From the NCBI GenBank assembly GCA_023818695.1, contig JAMWCF010000001.1, positions 3,538 through 67,537 on the forward strand: a DNA stretch of 64,000 nucleotides. The letters are read 5' to 3'. Below the pieces are notes generated by a model. It worked only from the letters and a program-made list of their open reading frames with translations. It was not told where the DNA came from and searched no databases. How positions within the stretch are numbered: the first letter of the stretch is position 1; the number at the start of each line of letters is the position of its first letter. The DNA is from Candidatus Omnitrophota bacterium. Lineage in GTDB: Bacteria > Omnitrophota > Gorgyraeia > 1-14-0-20-64-10. Shown piece by piece: positions 20,087 to 29,874 of the stretch. The translations under genes and the position numbers were made by a program.

Positions 20087-20548
20087 ATGAGGAAGGTTTC
20101 CATCGGGGCGGATCACGGCGGTTTCGGGCTGAAGTCGGTTCTGATCCGCCGCTTGAAGAAGGAAGGGTATTACGGCGTGGACCGGGGCACTTTTTCGCGA
20201 CAGCCGTGTGATTACCCTGTTTTCGCCGCCCGGGTGGCGAAAGATGTCTCCTCCGGGATGGTCGGGCAGGGGATCCTCCTGTGCAAGAGCGGAGGGGGAA
20301 TGGCCATCGCAGCCAATAAATTCCCCGGCGTCCGGGCCGTCGTCTGCCAGACGGCCGCTTCCGCCAGGCATGCCCGGGAGCACAACGACGCCAACATCCT
20401 GGTTCTCGGAGCGAGCGGTCTTTCTTCGGAGAGAGCCGTTGCGATATTGAGGGAATGGCTGAAAACCCCCTTTGCGGGGGGCCGCCATGCGAGGCGGATC
20501 CGTCAGATCAGCCGGATCGAACACGACACCATGAAAAAACGGAAGTGA
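20087..20548 (+). CDS. rpiB: Ribose-5-phosphate isomerase B
   Basis: [34 protein letters not shown]. Confidence 0.95.
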   Translation: MRKVSIGADHGGFGLKSVLIRRLKKEGYYGVDRGTFSRQPCDYPVFAARVAKDVSSGMVGQGILLCKSGGGMAIAANKFPGVRAVVCQTAASARHAREHNDANILVLGASGLSSERAVAILREWLKTPFAGGRHARRIRQISRIEHDTMKKRK

Positions 20549-20552
20549 GACC

Positions 20553-21848
20553 ATGCTTGAAAATCTGAAAAGTGCGGATCCTGAAATTTACAGGGCGATC
20601 TGTCTGGAGACGATCCGCCAGCAGGAAAACCTTGAGCTGATCGCCAGCGAGAACGTCGTCTCCCTGCCTGTTCTGGAAGCGGTCGGGTCGGTCATGACAA
20701 ACAAGTACGCGGAGGGGTACCCGGCGGCCCGGTGGTATGACGGCTGTCAGTTTGTGGACCAGGCGGAGGCCCTGGCGATCGAACGGGCAAAGGCTCTCTT
20801 CGGGGCGGAGCATGTGAATGCCCAGCCTCATTCCGGTTCGCAGGCCAACACGGCTGTTTACCTGGCCGTCCTCAACCCCGGGGACACCATCCTGGCCATG
20901 AATTTAAGCCACGGAGGGCATCTGACCCACGGACATCCCAAGAACATCTCCGGCCGGCTGTTCAACATCGTTCCCTATGGCGTCTCCCAGAAAGATTACC
21001 GGATCGACTACGATCAGGTGATGGAACTGGCCAGGCGGCACAAGCCGAAGATGATCGTCGCTGGCTATTCCGCTTACCCGCGGGAGCTTGACTTCAAGAA
21101 ATTCCGGCAGATTGCCGACGCGGTGGGGGCTTACCTGATGGTTGACATGGCCCATTTCGCCGGGTTGGTGGCCGCGAAGATTCATCCCTCCCCGGTTCCT
21201 TACTCCGAGTTTGTTACCACCACGACCCACAAAACACTGCGCGGCCCCCGCGGGGGGTTGATCCTCTGCCGCAGTGAGTTTGCCAAGAAGATCAACGCGC
21301 AGATTTTTCCGGGCATTCAAGGGGGACCGCTCATGCACGTCATTGCGGGCAAAGCGGTTGCCTTGAAGGAGGCGATGACCCCGGAGTTCAAACAGTACCA
21401 GCAGCAGGTCGTCAAGAACTCTCAAGCGCTGGCAAGCGGCCTGCTGGAAAAGGGGTGGAGGGTCTTGACCGGCGGGACCGACAACCACCTCGTTCTAGTC
21501 GATCTGACGACCAAAGAGGTCACCGGCAAGGATGCCGCCACGGTTCTGGATTCGGTCCGGATCACGGTCAACAAGAACGCGATCCCCTTCGACCCGAACC
21601 CGCCGGCGGTGGCCGGCGGCATCCGGTTGGGAACTCCGGCTGTCACAAGCCGCGGGATGAAAGAGGCGGAGTTCAAAACCATTGCCGGGTTGATCGACAA
21701 AACATTGAGCGCCTCCTCTGAAGAGGGGGTGCTGGAGCAGGTCCGTCGGGACGTCCAGCGTTTGACCGACCGGTTTCCGCTTTATCCGGAGTTGAGGCGA
21801 ACCATGCCTTCGGCCGATGAACTGCTGGCCGCAGGACGAATAGTATAA
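20553..21848 (+). CDS. glyA: Serine hydroxymethyltransferase
   Basis: [28 protein letters not shown]. Confidence 0.98.
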   Translation: MLENLKSADPEIYRAICLETIRQQENLELIASENVVSLPVLEAVGSVMTNKYAEGYPAARWYDGCQFVDQAEALAIERAKALFGAEHVNAQPHSGSQANTAVYLAVLNPGDTILAMNLSHGGHLTHGHPKNISGRLFNIVPYGVSQKDYRIDYDQVMELARRHKPKMIVAGYSAYPRELDFKKFRQIADAVGAYLMVDMAHFAGLVAAKIHPSPVPYSEFVTTTTHKTLRGPRGGLILCRSEFAKKINAQIFPGIQGGPLMHVIAGKAVALKEAMTPEFKQYQQQVVKNSQALASGLLEKGWRVLTGGTDNHLVLVDLTTKEVTGKDAATVLDSVRITVNKNAIPFDPNPPAVAGGIRLGTPAVTSRGMKEAEFKTIAGLIDKTLSASSEEGVLEQVRRDVQRLTDRFPLYPELRRTMPSADELLAAGRIV

Positions 21849-21851
21849 GGA

Positions 21852-22310
21852 ATGCGCTGTCCTTACTGCGGTTCCATAGAGGATAAGGTCATCGATTCCC
21901 GGGAGTCCCCGGACGGGTCGGAGATCCGCCGGCGGCGGGAATGCCTGAAGTGCGCCAGACGCAGCACCACTTACGAACGGCTGGAGGAGTCCCCCCTGCT
22001 GGTCGTCAAAAGGGACGGCAGGCGGGAACCTTATGAAAAGCGCAAGGTTCTCAACGGCGTCGTCAAGGCCTGCGAGAAGCGGCCGATCTCCATGGAAGCG
22101 ATCGAGACGCTGGTCGACGAAGTGGACAGGGAAATCCGCCAGGAGTTTGAGAAGGAGGTTTCCTCCACGGAGGTCGGGGAGCGGGTTATGGGAAAGCTCC
22201 AGAAGCTGGACGATGTGGCTTACGTCCGGTTCGCTTCCGTCTACCGCTCTTTCAAAGATCTTAACCAGTTCATGCGCGAGCTGCGCGACCTGTTGAACAG
22301 CAAGAAGTAG
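21852..22310 (+). CDS. nrdR: Transcriptional repressor NrdR
   Basis: MRCPYC zinc ribbon, RRRREC, ATP cone, VAYVRFASVY. Confidence 0.97.
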   Translation: MRCPYCGSIEDKVIDSRESPDGSEIRRRRECLKCARRSTTYERLEESPLLVVKRDGRREPYEKRKVLNGVVKACEKRPISMEAIETLVDEVDREIRQEFEKEVSSTEVGERVMGKLQKLDDVAYVRFASVYRSFKDLNQFMRELRDLLNSKK

Positions 22311-22851
22311 TTTTGATCATCCGCTTCACCAGTTCCATCGGCAGCCCCACCACGTTCGTATAGGACCCCCGGATCCTGACCACCACGGGATCCATCTTTT
22401 CCTGCACCGCGTAAGCTCCCGCCTTGTCCGGATGTTTTTTGGCATATCGGCTGATCTGAAGGGTGGACAGGGGCCGCATGGTCACCCGGCTGACGGCATG
22501 CCCCACTTTTCTTTTTCCGGATGCGGCGTTCACCAGCGCCACGGCGGTGATGACCCGGTGGGTTGTCCCCTGGAGCTTTTTCAATATCCGACGCGCCTCT
22601 CCGACACTGGCCGGCTTCCCGTAAATCTTTCTGCCGAGCACAACGACCGTGTCGGCCCCCAGTACCCAGCCCTTTCCGGTCTTTCCGGCCACCGCCAGCG
22701 CTTTCGCGAAAGCCAGCTTCTTCGCGTAGGAAACCGGATCTTCTCCGGCTTTGGGCGGCGGTTCCGGGATCCGGCTGGCGACAGCGCGGAACCGGATGCC
22801 GTGCTCCCGCAGAAGACGTTTTCTTCTCGGAGAAGCGGATGCCAGGATCAA
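22270..22851 (-). CDS. maf: Maf family nucleoside triphosphate pyrophosphatase
   Basis: ILASASPRR, GADTVV, DKAGAY, NVVGLP. Confidence 0.95.
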   Translation of the reverse strand: MILASASPRRKRLLREHGIRFRAVASRIPEPPPKAGEDPVSYAKKLAFAKALAVAGKTGKGWVLGADTVVVLGRKIYGKPASVGEARRILKKLQGTTHRVITAVALVNAASGKRKVGHAVSRVTMRPLSTLQISRYAKKHPDKAGAYAVQEKMDPVVVRIRGSYTNVVGLPMELVKRMIKTTSCCSTGRAARA

Positions 22852-22853
22852 GT

Positions 22854-23864
22854 TTATTGGTTTTCCTGCTGACCGGCCGGCGCCGTTTCAGGCGGCGCTG
22901 TTTCGGGGGCGGAGCTGTCCGGCAGAAGTTTCTGAAGGTTGGCCCGTTTGAGCAATTCCGAATACCAACTGAAGTAGTTGGCGATCCTCTTCTGGTCCGT
23001 CAGCTCCTGCTTGAGTCGTCCTTCCACCGCCGCCAGCTCGTCCGGCTGCGGATCCCGCGCTGCTTCCACGCGGGCGACGAACCATCCGGTCGGGGTCGTC
23101 CAGGGGCCGCCGCTCTCGCCGGGGGCCAGATCAAACAGGGAGAGGAACCCCTCATTGGTCGTTCCGAACTCCTTGGGGGGAGTCGACTTCTTGAGGAAAT
23201 CCGTTTTGATCACCTGAAGGTTGCTTTCCTGTGCGATCTGTTCAAGGGTCTGCCCCGGCTGCCTCAACCGTTCAGCGGCCGCCTGGGCCGCGGGTTCATC
23301 GTTGAACAGGATGAAGCTGATCTGGATCGCCTTCTCCGACTGCCGGAATGCCTCCAAGAGCTCCGGCTGCGTGACCTCCGCCTGGATGGCCCACTCCGTG
23401 AGTTTCAGAATCATCAGGGTCTGACGGATCTCTTCCTCAAAAGTCCGGGGAGTGGTCCCCAGGGTGTACTGGACGATGGCTTGGTATGCCCCCTGGTCAA
23501 AAAAGCCGTTCCGCTGAAAAAGGGGCCAGCGCTGGAGTTCCTGGATGACCTCCTGGTCGGTGACCTGAATCTTGCGCCTTTTGGCCTCCTCCAGAAGGGT
23601 TAGCCGCTGCCATGCGAGCCGTTCCATTTCCTGGGGCGGTACTTTCTCCCTGAATTTGTCTCCATGATTCAGAAGCGCTTGGCGCGCCACCGCATTGAGG
23701 GCCTGCTGATACTCGGTCAGAGAGACCTTTTTGCCAAAGAGGATCCCCGCTGTCTCCCCCCGGGTGCTCTGCAGGGAAACGGCCGTCCCGATCAGCCAGA
23801 GCACCATAACGCCGACGGTGATGCCGGCGACTGTTCCGATGTGGTTTCTGACCCAGTTCATCAT
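22854..23864 (-). CDS. SurA N-terminal domain / PpiD-like membrane-anchored chaperone (start 23864-23894)
   Basis: N-terminal TM; LLEEAKRRKIQVTDQEV..FQRNGFFD SurA_N pattern; degenerate parvulin (SGGPWTTPTGW). Confidence 0.8.
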   Translation of the reverse strand: MMNWVRNHIGTVAGITVGVMVLWLIGTAVSLQSTRGETAGILFGKKVSLTEYQQALNAVARQALLNHGDKFREKVPPQEMERLAWQRLTLLEEAKRRKIQVTDQEVIQELQRWPLFQRNGFFDQGAYQAIVQYTLGTTPRTFEEEIRQTLMILKLTEWAIQAEVTQPELLEAFRQSEKAIQISFILFNDEPAAQAAAERLRQPGQTLEQIAQESNLQVIKTDFLKKSTPPKEFGTTNEGFLSLFDLAPGESGGPWTTPTGWFVARVEAARDPQPDELAAVEGRLKQELTDQKRIANYFSWYSELLKRANLQKLLPDSSAPETAPPETAPAGQQENQ

Positions 23865-23926
23865 GAGGAAAAGACTCCTGTTTAAAGGCCTCATTCTACT
23901 ATAGTGGAGGATCGGTCACAACAGCC

Positions 23927-24019
23927 GGCGGTGCCGGGGCCCCCGCGAGGGGTTGGCCCGCGCGCGGACGCTCATGAGGCCGCGGCGGGACATCCTGAAG
24001 CGGGGCTCCTGATACCGCC
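23927..24019 (+). other. Long GC-rich imperfect hairpin (candidate ncRNA or REP/MITE-like element)
   Basis: GGCGGTG/TACCGCC, GGGGCCCC-GC/GCGGGGCTCC, AGGG/TCCT, CCCGC/GCGGG and CGCGG/CCGCG nested stems. Confidence 0.5.
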
Positions 24020-24108
24020 TAAGCTTGATATATTAATCAATATATTAATTTAGAAATTGAAGGTTCATATTCTTCTCTTTTGATATCCTTTATTTATAAA
24101 GAGTTCCA

Positions 24109-24137
24109 TTGACGAAGAGACCGCAGCGTCTTATAAT
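24109..24137 (+). promoter_or_regulatory. Sigma70-type promoter of hisG
   Basis: TTGACG-N17-TATAAT. Confidence 0.85.
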
Positions 24138-24224
24138 CCCTTTCCTGCGGTTTTACTTTTCTATCCTAATGGGTTGAGTCTCCCTAAACATGGGGGATGC
24201 GAACAAGAGCGGAGGTTCCAAAGC

Positions 24225-25097
24225 GTGAGGCTTAAGTTAGGTTTACCTAAGGGAAGTCTGCAGCAATCCACGGTTGATTTGTTCCGGCATGCCGGATTTC
24301 AATTAAATTTCTCGGAACGGTCCTATTTCCCGACAATCGATGATGAGGAGATGGAGTTGGTTTTCCTCCGGGCCCAGGAGATGTCCAGGTACGTGGAGGC
24401 GGGCGCCATTGACGCCGGCATCACCGGAAATGACTGGATTTTGGAGAACGGTTCCGACATCGTCAAAGTGACGGAGTTAACCTATTCGAAGCAGAGTCTG
24501 GAGCCGGTCCGGTGGGTTTTGGCGGTGCCGGTCGATTCCAAGGTGACCCGCCCGAAAGATTTGGAGGGCAAGCGGATTGCCACCGAACTGGTGAATATGA
24601 CCAAGTCGTACCTCAAGACCCATCGGGTCAACGCTCATGTGGAGTTTTCCTGGGGAGCCACGGAGGCGAAGGTGGGGACGAACCTTGTCGACGCCATCGT
24701 GGAACTGACGGAAACGGGCGCCTCCTTGAGGGCCAACAAGCTGCGGATCGTCGACACCATCTGCTCTTCTTCCACGCAGATGATCGCCAACAAGGCGGCC
24801 TGGAAGGATCCCTGGAAGAGGAAAAAGCTGGAATCGGTTTCGACGCTGCTCAAGGGCGCGATCGCCGCCCGATCCAAAGTCGGGCTGAAGCTGAACGTTT
24901 CCAAGAAGAACTTAAAGGCCGTGCTGAACATCCTGCCGGCCATTAAGAAGCCCACCATTTCTCAGTTGAGCTCCACCGGCTGGTTTGCCGTGGAGACGGT
25001 TCTGGATGAGAAGGTGGTCCGGTCCCTTCTGCCCGATTTGAAGAAAGCCGGCGGTGAGGGGATCATCGAATACAGTTTGAATAAGGTCATTTATTAA
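24225..25097 (+). CDS. hisG: ATP phosphoribosyltransferase (long form)
   Basis: GGAGG RBS plus GTG; [27 protein letters not shown]-terminal regulatory domain. Confidence 0.96.
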   Translation: MRLKLGLPKGSLQQSTVDLFRHAGFQLNFSERSYFPTIDDEEMELVFLRAQEMSRYVEAGAIDAGITGNDWILENGSDIVKVTELTYSKQSLEPVRWVLAVPVDSKVTRPKDLEGKRIATELVNMTKSYLKTHRVNAHVEFSWGATEAKVGTNLVDAIVELTETGASLRANKLRIVDTICSSSTQMIANKAAWKDPWKRKKLESVSTLLKGAIAARSKVGLKLNVSKKNLKAVLNILPAIKKPTISQLSSTGWFAVETVLDEKVVRSLLPDLKKAGGEGIIEYSLNKVIY

Positions 25098-25122
25098 CGG
25101 TTCCTCTTCAAGGGGAGCGTGG

Positions 25123-25212
25123 ATGTCGAACTTAAGGAAAAAACGCCGAAAGAAGATGGCTAAGCACAAGAGAAAGAAGCGTCTTCGGCGCGACAGGCAC
25201 AAGAAGAAATAA
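25123..25212 (+). CDS. Small basic ribosomal protein bS22 / AURKAIP1-COX24 (mS38) family, 29 aa
   Basis: Manual translation MSNLRKKRRKKMAKHKRKKRLRRDRHKKK with GGGGAG RBS; matches the KKR..K(M)..HK.KK..R..RH pattern; absent from the ORF track. Confidence 0.85.
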   Translation: MSNLRKKRRKKMAKHKRKKRLRRDRHKKK

Positions 25213-25251
25213 TCGCGCCGGACGGTTATAACCGGCGTCGATACAGGAGGA

Positions 25252-26886
25252 ATGATGAACCCGCGGGGAGTGGGAAGGGGAGTTCTTTTGTCCGTTGTGA
25301 TGGCCCTCCTCGCGGCCGGTTGCAAGCATGCCGAGCGGATCAAGCTGGCCATGGATCTGCGGCAGGCGGCCGCCAGCTCGTCGAACGATTATTTTTTTCC
25401 CCGCCGGACGGAGGAACGTCTCTCCCAGTCCGCCTCTTTGGCCGCGTACTTGGCCGGCCTGCTCGCCGAGGGACAGAACGACCTTCAAACTGCCGAACAG
25501 AAATATGGCAAGGTCCTGGAAAAGGACCCCAGCTCCCAGCAGGTGCTCCTGCGCCTTGGGATCATCTACATGCGGCGCAACCAGCTGATGAACGCCAGCC
25601 GCTGTTTCGAATTGGCCGCCGCGCGCAATGAGGCCGATCCCCGTCCCCGCTTTCTGTTGGGCATTCTCTACACGAACCAGGGCCGTTTGGGCGAGGCGGC
25701 CGGTCAGTACAGCCAGATCCTCGTTGAAGACCCCGGGAATTTAGCGGCCTTGAGCCAGTTGGCCGACCTGTATGTTTTTCAGGAGAAGCTCCAGGAAGGG
25801 CTGGCCGTTTACCAGAAGTTTCTGGAGCAGAGGCCCGATTCCGCGGTCGCCCATTTCAATGTGGCGGTTCTGTACGCCAAGGTCAAACAGTGGAAAGAGG
25901 CCTCGTGGCATTTCCGCAAAGCGATCGAGCTGGATCCCGCCAATCTGGAAGCCCGTCTGGGGCTGGCTGTGAGTCTCGAGCAGGAAGGGGATTACGGCGG
26001 GGCCCAGGAGCAGTTTGAAAAAGCGCTGGCGATGGAGCCGGCCAATGTCCGCCTCATCCGCTACCTGGCCCATTTGTCCTACCGGCTGGGGGAGTTGGAG
26101 AAAGCGGCGGAATGGTTGGGCCGCTACTTGGGATACAACCCGCGGGATTCCGAAGCCTACCTGGAACTGGGATACCTGCGGATCGAACAGGGGCGCCTGG
26201 AGGAGGGGATACAGTTCATCAAGCTGGCGCTGGAGATCGGCAGTTTCGAAGAGCCCCCCCTGGACCTCTGGATCCGGCTGGGAGCCGCCTACCAGTCGGC
26301 GGGGGCTTATGCCGAGGCGGAGGCCTCTTTCCAGCAGGCGGTGAAGCTGGCACCGGAAACCACCGTCACTCATTTTTATCTGGGGGCTTTTTATCAATGG
26401 AGGCAGAGGTATCCGGAAGCGGAGGAGGCGTTCCGCAAGGCCTATCAGATCGACCCGGAGGATCCCCAGATTCTCAACGCGCTGGCTTATCTTTACGCCG
26501 TCTGGGAGGTTCGGTTGGAGGAGGCGCAGGAGCTGATTCAGAAGGCGTTGAGCCAGGATCCCGGCAACGGCGGTTTTATCGACACCCTGGCGTGGGTTTG
26601 GTTTAAAATGGGAAAGGCGAAAGAAGCGGTTCCGCTGTTGGAGGAGGCGGTCACCCGGCGCGCGGATCCGGAGATATATGAACACCTGGGTCAGGTATAC
26701 TTACATCTAGGGGAAGGGGAGAAGGCCAGGGAGGCGTGGCAGAAAGGATTGGAGTTGAATCCCCAGGATCCCAAAATACGAAAAAAACTAGAGTTGAATA
26801 TAAAATTAATTAACAATCGGCATCCGAAGCGAAAAGAGAGCAGGTTGGATGCGTCTTCCCTCATAAGAGAAAGGTTATTTACATGA
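25252..26886 (+). CDS. TPR-repeat lipoprotein
   Basis: AGGAGG RBS; lipobox LAAGC; many TPR repeats, including the DTLAWVWFKMG..EHLG end. Confidence 0.88.
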   Translation: MMNPRGVGRGVLLSVVMALLAAGCKHAERIKLAMDLRQAAASSSNDYFFPRRTEERLSQSASLAAYLAGLLAEGQNDLQTAEQKYGKVLEKDPSSQQVLLRLGIIYMRRNQLMNASRCFELAAARNEADPRPRFLLGILYTNQGRLGEAAGQYSQILVEDPGNLAALSQLADLYVFQEKLQEGLAVYQKFLEQRPDSAVAHFNVAVLYAKVKQWKEASWHFRKAIELDPANLEARLGLAVSLEQEGDYGGAQEQFEKALAMEPANVRLIRYLAHLSYRLGELEKAAEWLGRYLGYNPRDSEAYLELGYLRIEQGRLEEGIQFIKLALEIGSFEEPPLDLWIRLGAAYQSAGAYAEAEASFQQAVKLAPETTVTHFYLGAFYQWRQRYPEAEEAFRKAYQIDPEDPQILNALAYLYAVWEVRLEEAQELIQKALSQDPGNGGFIDTLAWVWFKMGKAKEAVPLLEEAVTRRADPEIYEHLGQVYLHLGEGEKAREAWQKGLELNPQDPKIRKKLELNIKLINNRHPKRKESRLDASSLIRERLFT

Positions 26887-28538
26887 TTTACTGGTTGCGC
26901 AAGGTCAAGATTTTCTTCTCGGATCACTGGATCGCCTTTACAGTGGGGATTTTCGTCGCCATCTGTTTTGCGCTGACCTACTACGGGATGTCCAAGCTGG
27001 AGTCCTTTTACGTCAACATGACGATAGCGACCCTGCCTTTGCACATCCTGACATGGATTCTGGGTTCTGTCATTTCGGCCTTCATCTACGTTTCTCTTCT
27101 TTTCGGCATGTTTTCGAAGAGGGGTTCGCAGGGGAAGAAGGTCAAAGCGGACGAGGTGAACGTCCACTTCAGCGATGTCATCGGGATCGATGAGGCGAAA
27201 GAGGAGGCATGGGAGGTCGTCCAGCTTCTAAAGGATCACGCCCGCTTGAAGAGGGTGGGGGGGAAGATCATCCGGGGGATTCTGATGCAGGGGCCTCCGG
27301 GGTGCGGGAAGACCTATCTGGCCAAGGCGATCGCCACGGAGGCGGGGGTACCCTTCCTTTCGCTGGCCGCTTCCGATTTTGTGGAGATCTTCGTCGGTGT
27401 CGGGGCCAGTCGGGTCCGCAAGCTGTTCAAGGATGCCCGACGGAAGGCCTACAGCAACGGGGCCTGTATCGTCTTTATCGATGAGTTGGATGCGGTGGGC
27501 CGGACTCGGTCCTTCAGCTGGATGGGAGGGCAGGAAACCAATTCCACCTTGAACTCCATTCTGGTTGAGATGGACGGGTTGCAGGGAAGACGGGAAAATG
27601 TAATCGTCATCGGGGCCACCAACGCTGCGGAGGAGGCTTTGGATCCGGCGCTGCTTCGTCCCGGCCGATTTGACCGGAAGATTTATGTGGACCGTCCCAA
27701 CCTGGTCGGCCGCGAAAAAATCCTGGAGTATTACATGGGAAAGATCCAGGCGGAGGCCGGGATCGATATCCCCCGCCTTGCTCGCAGGACCGTCGGGAAG
27801 ACCCCCGCGGAGCTGGAGAACCTTGTGAAGGAAGCGGCCTTGATCGCGACCCGCAACAAGCGGGAGAAGGTGACATACGATGATCTTTCCGAGGCCCTGG
27901 AGCGGATCGAGCTGGGGATCAAGCACCGCAAGAGCATGTCCGAGCATGAAAGAAAAATGACGGCCTACCACGAAGCCGGCCATCTGCTGGTCCTTTATTT
28001 TCTGCATCCGACCGACGATGTCTTCAAGGCCTCCATCATCGCCCGGCGGGGGACGCTGGGGGTGGTTTACCACGCTCCCCGCGAGGAACTGCACTCCCAC
28101 GATAAGAACAAACTGATGGCCGACATCAAGGTGTCGCTGGCGGGCTACTGCGCGGAGAAAATCGTTTACGGCGTCACCACCACGGGGGTGTCGGGCGATT
28201 TCCAGAACGCCATGGCCAAGGCGCACACGATGGTTTGGCGGCTGGGGATGGGTTCGAAATACTTGGGGGACTGGGGGATGCTCACGAACAACGGCAGCAG
28301 CCAGACCCTCTCCGAAAACGTCCGGGCCGAACTGAACGCCGAAACCAACGCCATCTTTCAGGAGTGCCTGAAAGAGGTTGAGCAGCTTTTGACCCGGGAG
28401 AGGAAGATCCTGGACCGGTTTGCCGATGAGCTGGTGAAGCGCGAGGAGTTGGAATACGACGACATCGAGGCAATTTTTGCCGAATACGGCAAGAGCCAAA
28501 AGCGCGAGGGAAATCAGCCCAAGCCGGCTTCCACGTAA
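26883..28538 (+). CDS. FtsH-like AAA+ zinc metalloprotease without periplasmic domain
   Basis: Two N-terminal TMs; GPPGCGKT; FIDELD; ALLRPGRFDR; HEAGH. Confidence 0.9.
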   Translation: MIYWLRKVKIFFSDHWIAFTVGIFVAICFALTYYGMSKLESFYVNMTIATLPLHILTWILGSVISAFIYVSLLFGMFSKRGSQGKKVKADEVNVHFSDVIGIDEAKEEAWEVVQLLKDHARLKRVGGKIIRGILMQGPPGCGKTYLAKAIATEAGVPFLSLAASDFVEIFVGVGASRVRKLFKDARRKAYSNGACIVFIDELDAVGRTRSFSWMGGQETNSTLNSILVEMDGLQGRRENVIVIGATNAAEEALDPALLRPGRFDRKIYVDRPNLVGREKILEYYMGKIQAEAGIDIPRLARRTVGKTPAELENLVKEAALIATRNKREKVTYDDLSEALERIELGIKHRKSMSEHERKMTAYHEAGHLLVLYFLHPTDDVFKASIIARRGTLGVVYHAPREELHSHDKNKLMADIKVSLAGYCAEKIVYGVTTTGVSGDFQNAMAKAHTMVWRLGMGSKYLGDWGMLTNNGSSQTLSENVRAELNAETNAIFQECLKEVEQLLTRERKILDRFADELVKREELEYDDIEAIFAEYGKSQKREGNQPKPAST

Positions 28539-28551
28539 AAGGTGCTTTTGG

Positions 28552-29847
28552 ATGCGACGTTCTTTTCTCCTGTCCGTGACGCTGCTCTCCTGTACGCTCC
28601 TGACCTCCTGCGGCCCCTCTTATCCAAAGGAGCGGGTGGCGCAGTCGGTCGTTGACCTGTGCAAACGGGAATACAACCTGGACGTCATGTGCCAGGTACA
28701 GCAAACGACCATCGGCGTTCAGATTGTCATTCCCGGAATCATCGCCGAGTTGATGAAGCAGTCCGCCGGCTCCGGACCGGAGCTGCCCCCTCCGCTGGTG
28801 ATGGAAGGGGAATACCGGGATAACGATTTCAATTTTCAGTTCCAGGCCAAAGGGACCTTTGTCCGGGCTGGAAAGGAAAAGGAACGGGAAGAGAGCCGCC
28901 CCTCCCGGGACAGGGAGGAGTCGAAAGAGCTCAAAGCGCTCAACAACGTCTCGATGGTGATCAACCGGGTGGCCCTTTCGACCGATGCCAAACTGGAGTT
29001 CTATCTCCTGGTCGTGCGGGACCCCCTTTCGCACCTGGACCTGATTTTTTCAGGCCACCTCGGCGATTTGAAGCAGGTCCAATACTGGGCGATTTCGCGA
29101 GGGGAACTGCAGAAGCGAAGTAGGGTTTCCATGCGTCCGCCGCCGGAAGAGGTGGCCGCGCAGACGGTGGCTGATTTCTTGAACGACCTGTCGCAGGAGA
29201 CGCTCCTGCAGCTTTTGGAGCGCTACGCCGCTTTTTCCACCCGGTTCGGAGAGCTGCTGCCCAAGATCCTGCAGATGGCGGTGGAGTTCCAGGGGGCCCA
29301 GCGGCTGCTTCTGACGGAGAAATGGCCGGTCCGCCAGATCAGTCCGGACGAGGTTTTGGTTTACGTCACCCTCGAACCTGTGCGCAAGCCGGGAGCGATT
29401 CTGTTCACCGTTCAGATCAGGGAAGGCAGGGGGTATCTGGCCGGCCTGGACCGGTTGGAGAGCGGCCAGGTTCCCTATCCCTATACGGCGTTCGGCCCTC
29501 CGGAAAAATGGCATGAGGCCTTTTTCCTTGAGCCGATCGATCTGGCTCAATTCCTTTCCGATCAGATTGCTAAGCGGGTCCTGTCGGAATTCCGCCCGTA
29601 CAGCGAGCTGGTCACGAAAGAAGGGGGCGGCGCGTCAGGCAGGCCGGCGCCGAAACCGGCGACGGAAGCGGATGTCGTCCGCACCCTGATGGAAACCTCC
29701 GCTTACGTGCTCAACAGCTACCGGTTTCAGGAATTCGATGCTGTCAGCGTGACGGACGTCATGCAGGGAACCCGGTGGCAGGTTTCATCAAAGGAGCTGC
29801 CGCTTTACCGGCGGTCGAACGCTCCGGACCTGCAACCCATTCCATGA
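28552..29847 (+). CDS. Hypothetical lipoprotein
   Basis: Lipobox LLTSC; long ORF in operon context. Confidence 0.75.
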   Translation: MRRSFLLSVTLLSCTLLTSCGPSYPKERVAQSVVDLCKREYNLDVMCQVQQTTIGVQIVIPGIIAELMKQSAGSGPELPPPLVMEGEYRDNDFNFQFQAKGTFVRAGKEKEREESRPSRDREESKELKALNNVSMVINRVALSTDAKLEFYLLVVRDPLSHLDLIFSGHLGDLKQVQYWAISRGELQKRSRVSMRPPPEEVAAQTVADFLNDLSQETLLQLLERYAAFSTRFGELLPKILQMAVEFQGAQRLLLTEKWPVRQISPDEVLVYVTLEPVRKPGAILFTVQIREGRGYLAGLDRLESGQVPYPYTAFGPPEKWHEAFFLEPIDLAQFLSDQIAKRVLSEFRPYSELVTKEGGGASGRPAPKPATEADVVRTLMETSAYVLNSYRFQEFDAVSVTDVMQGTRWQVSSKELPLYRRSNAPDLQPIP

Positions 29848-29874
29848 TGCCGTTTTTGCGCGCCTGATCCCGCG

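Noticed and set aside
23927-24019. SRP RNA or 6S RNA call for the hairpin
   Set aside because: Lacks the SRP domain IV GGAA tetraloop and internal-loop motif on both strands; too short and no central bubble for 6S
24025-24105. Possible oriC DNA-unwinding element or dif site
   Set aside because: No TTATCCACA-type DnaA boxes or XerC/XerD consensus visible, and no dnaA nearby
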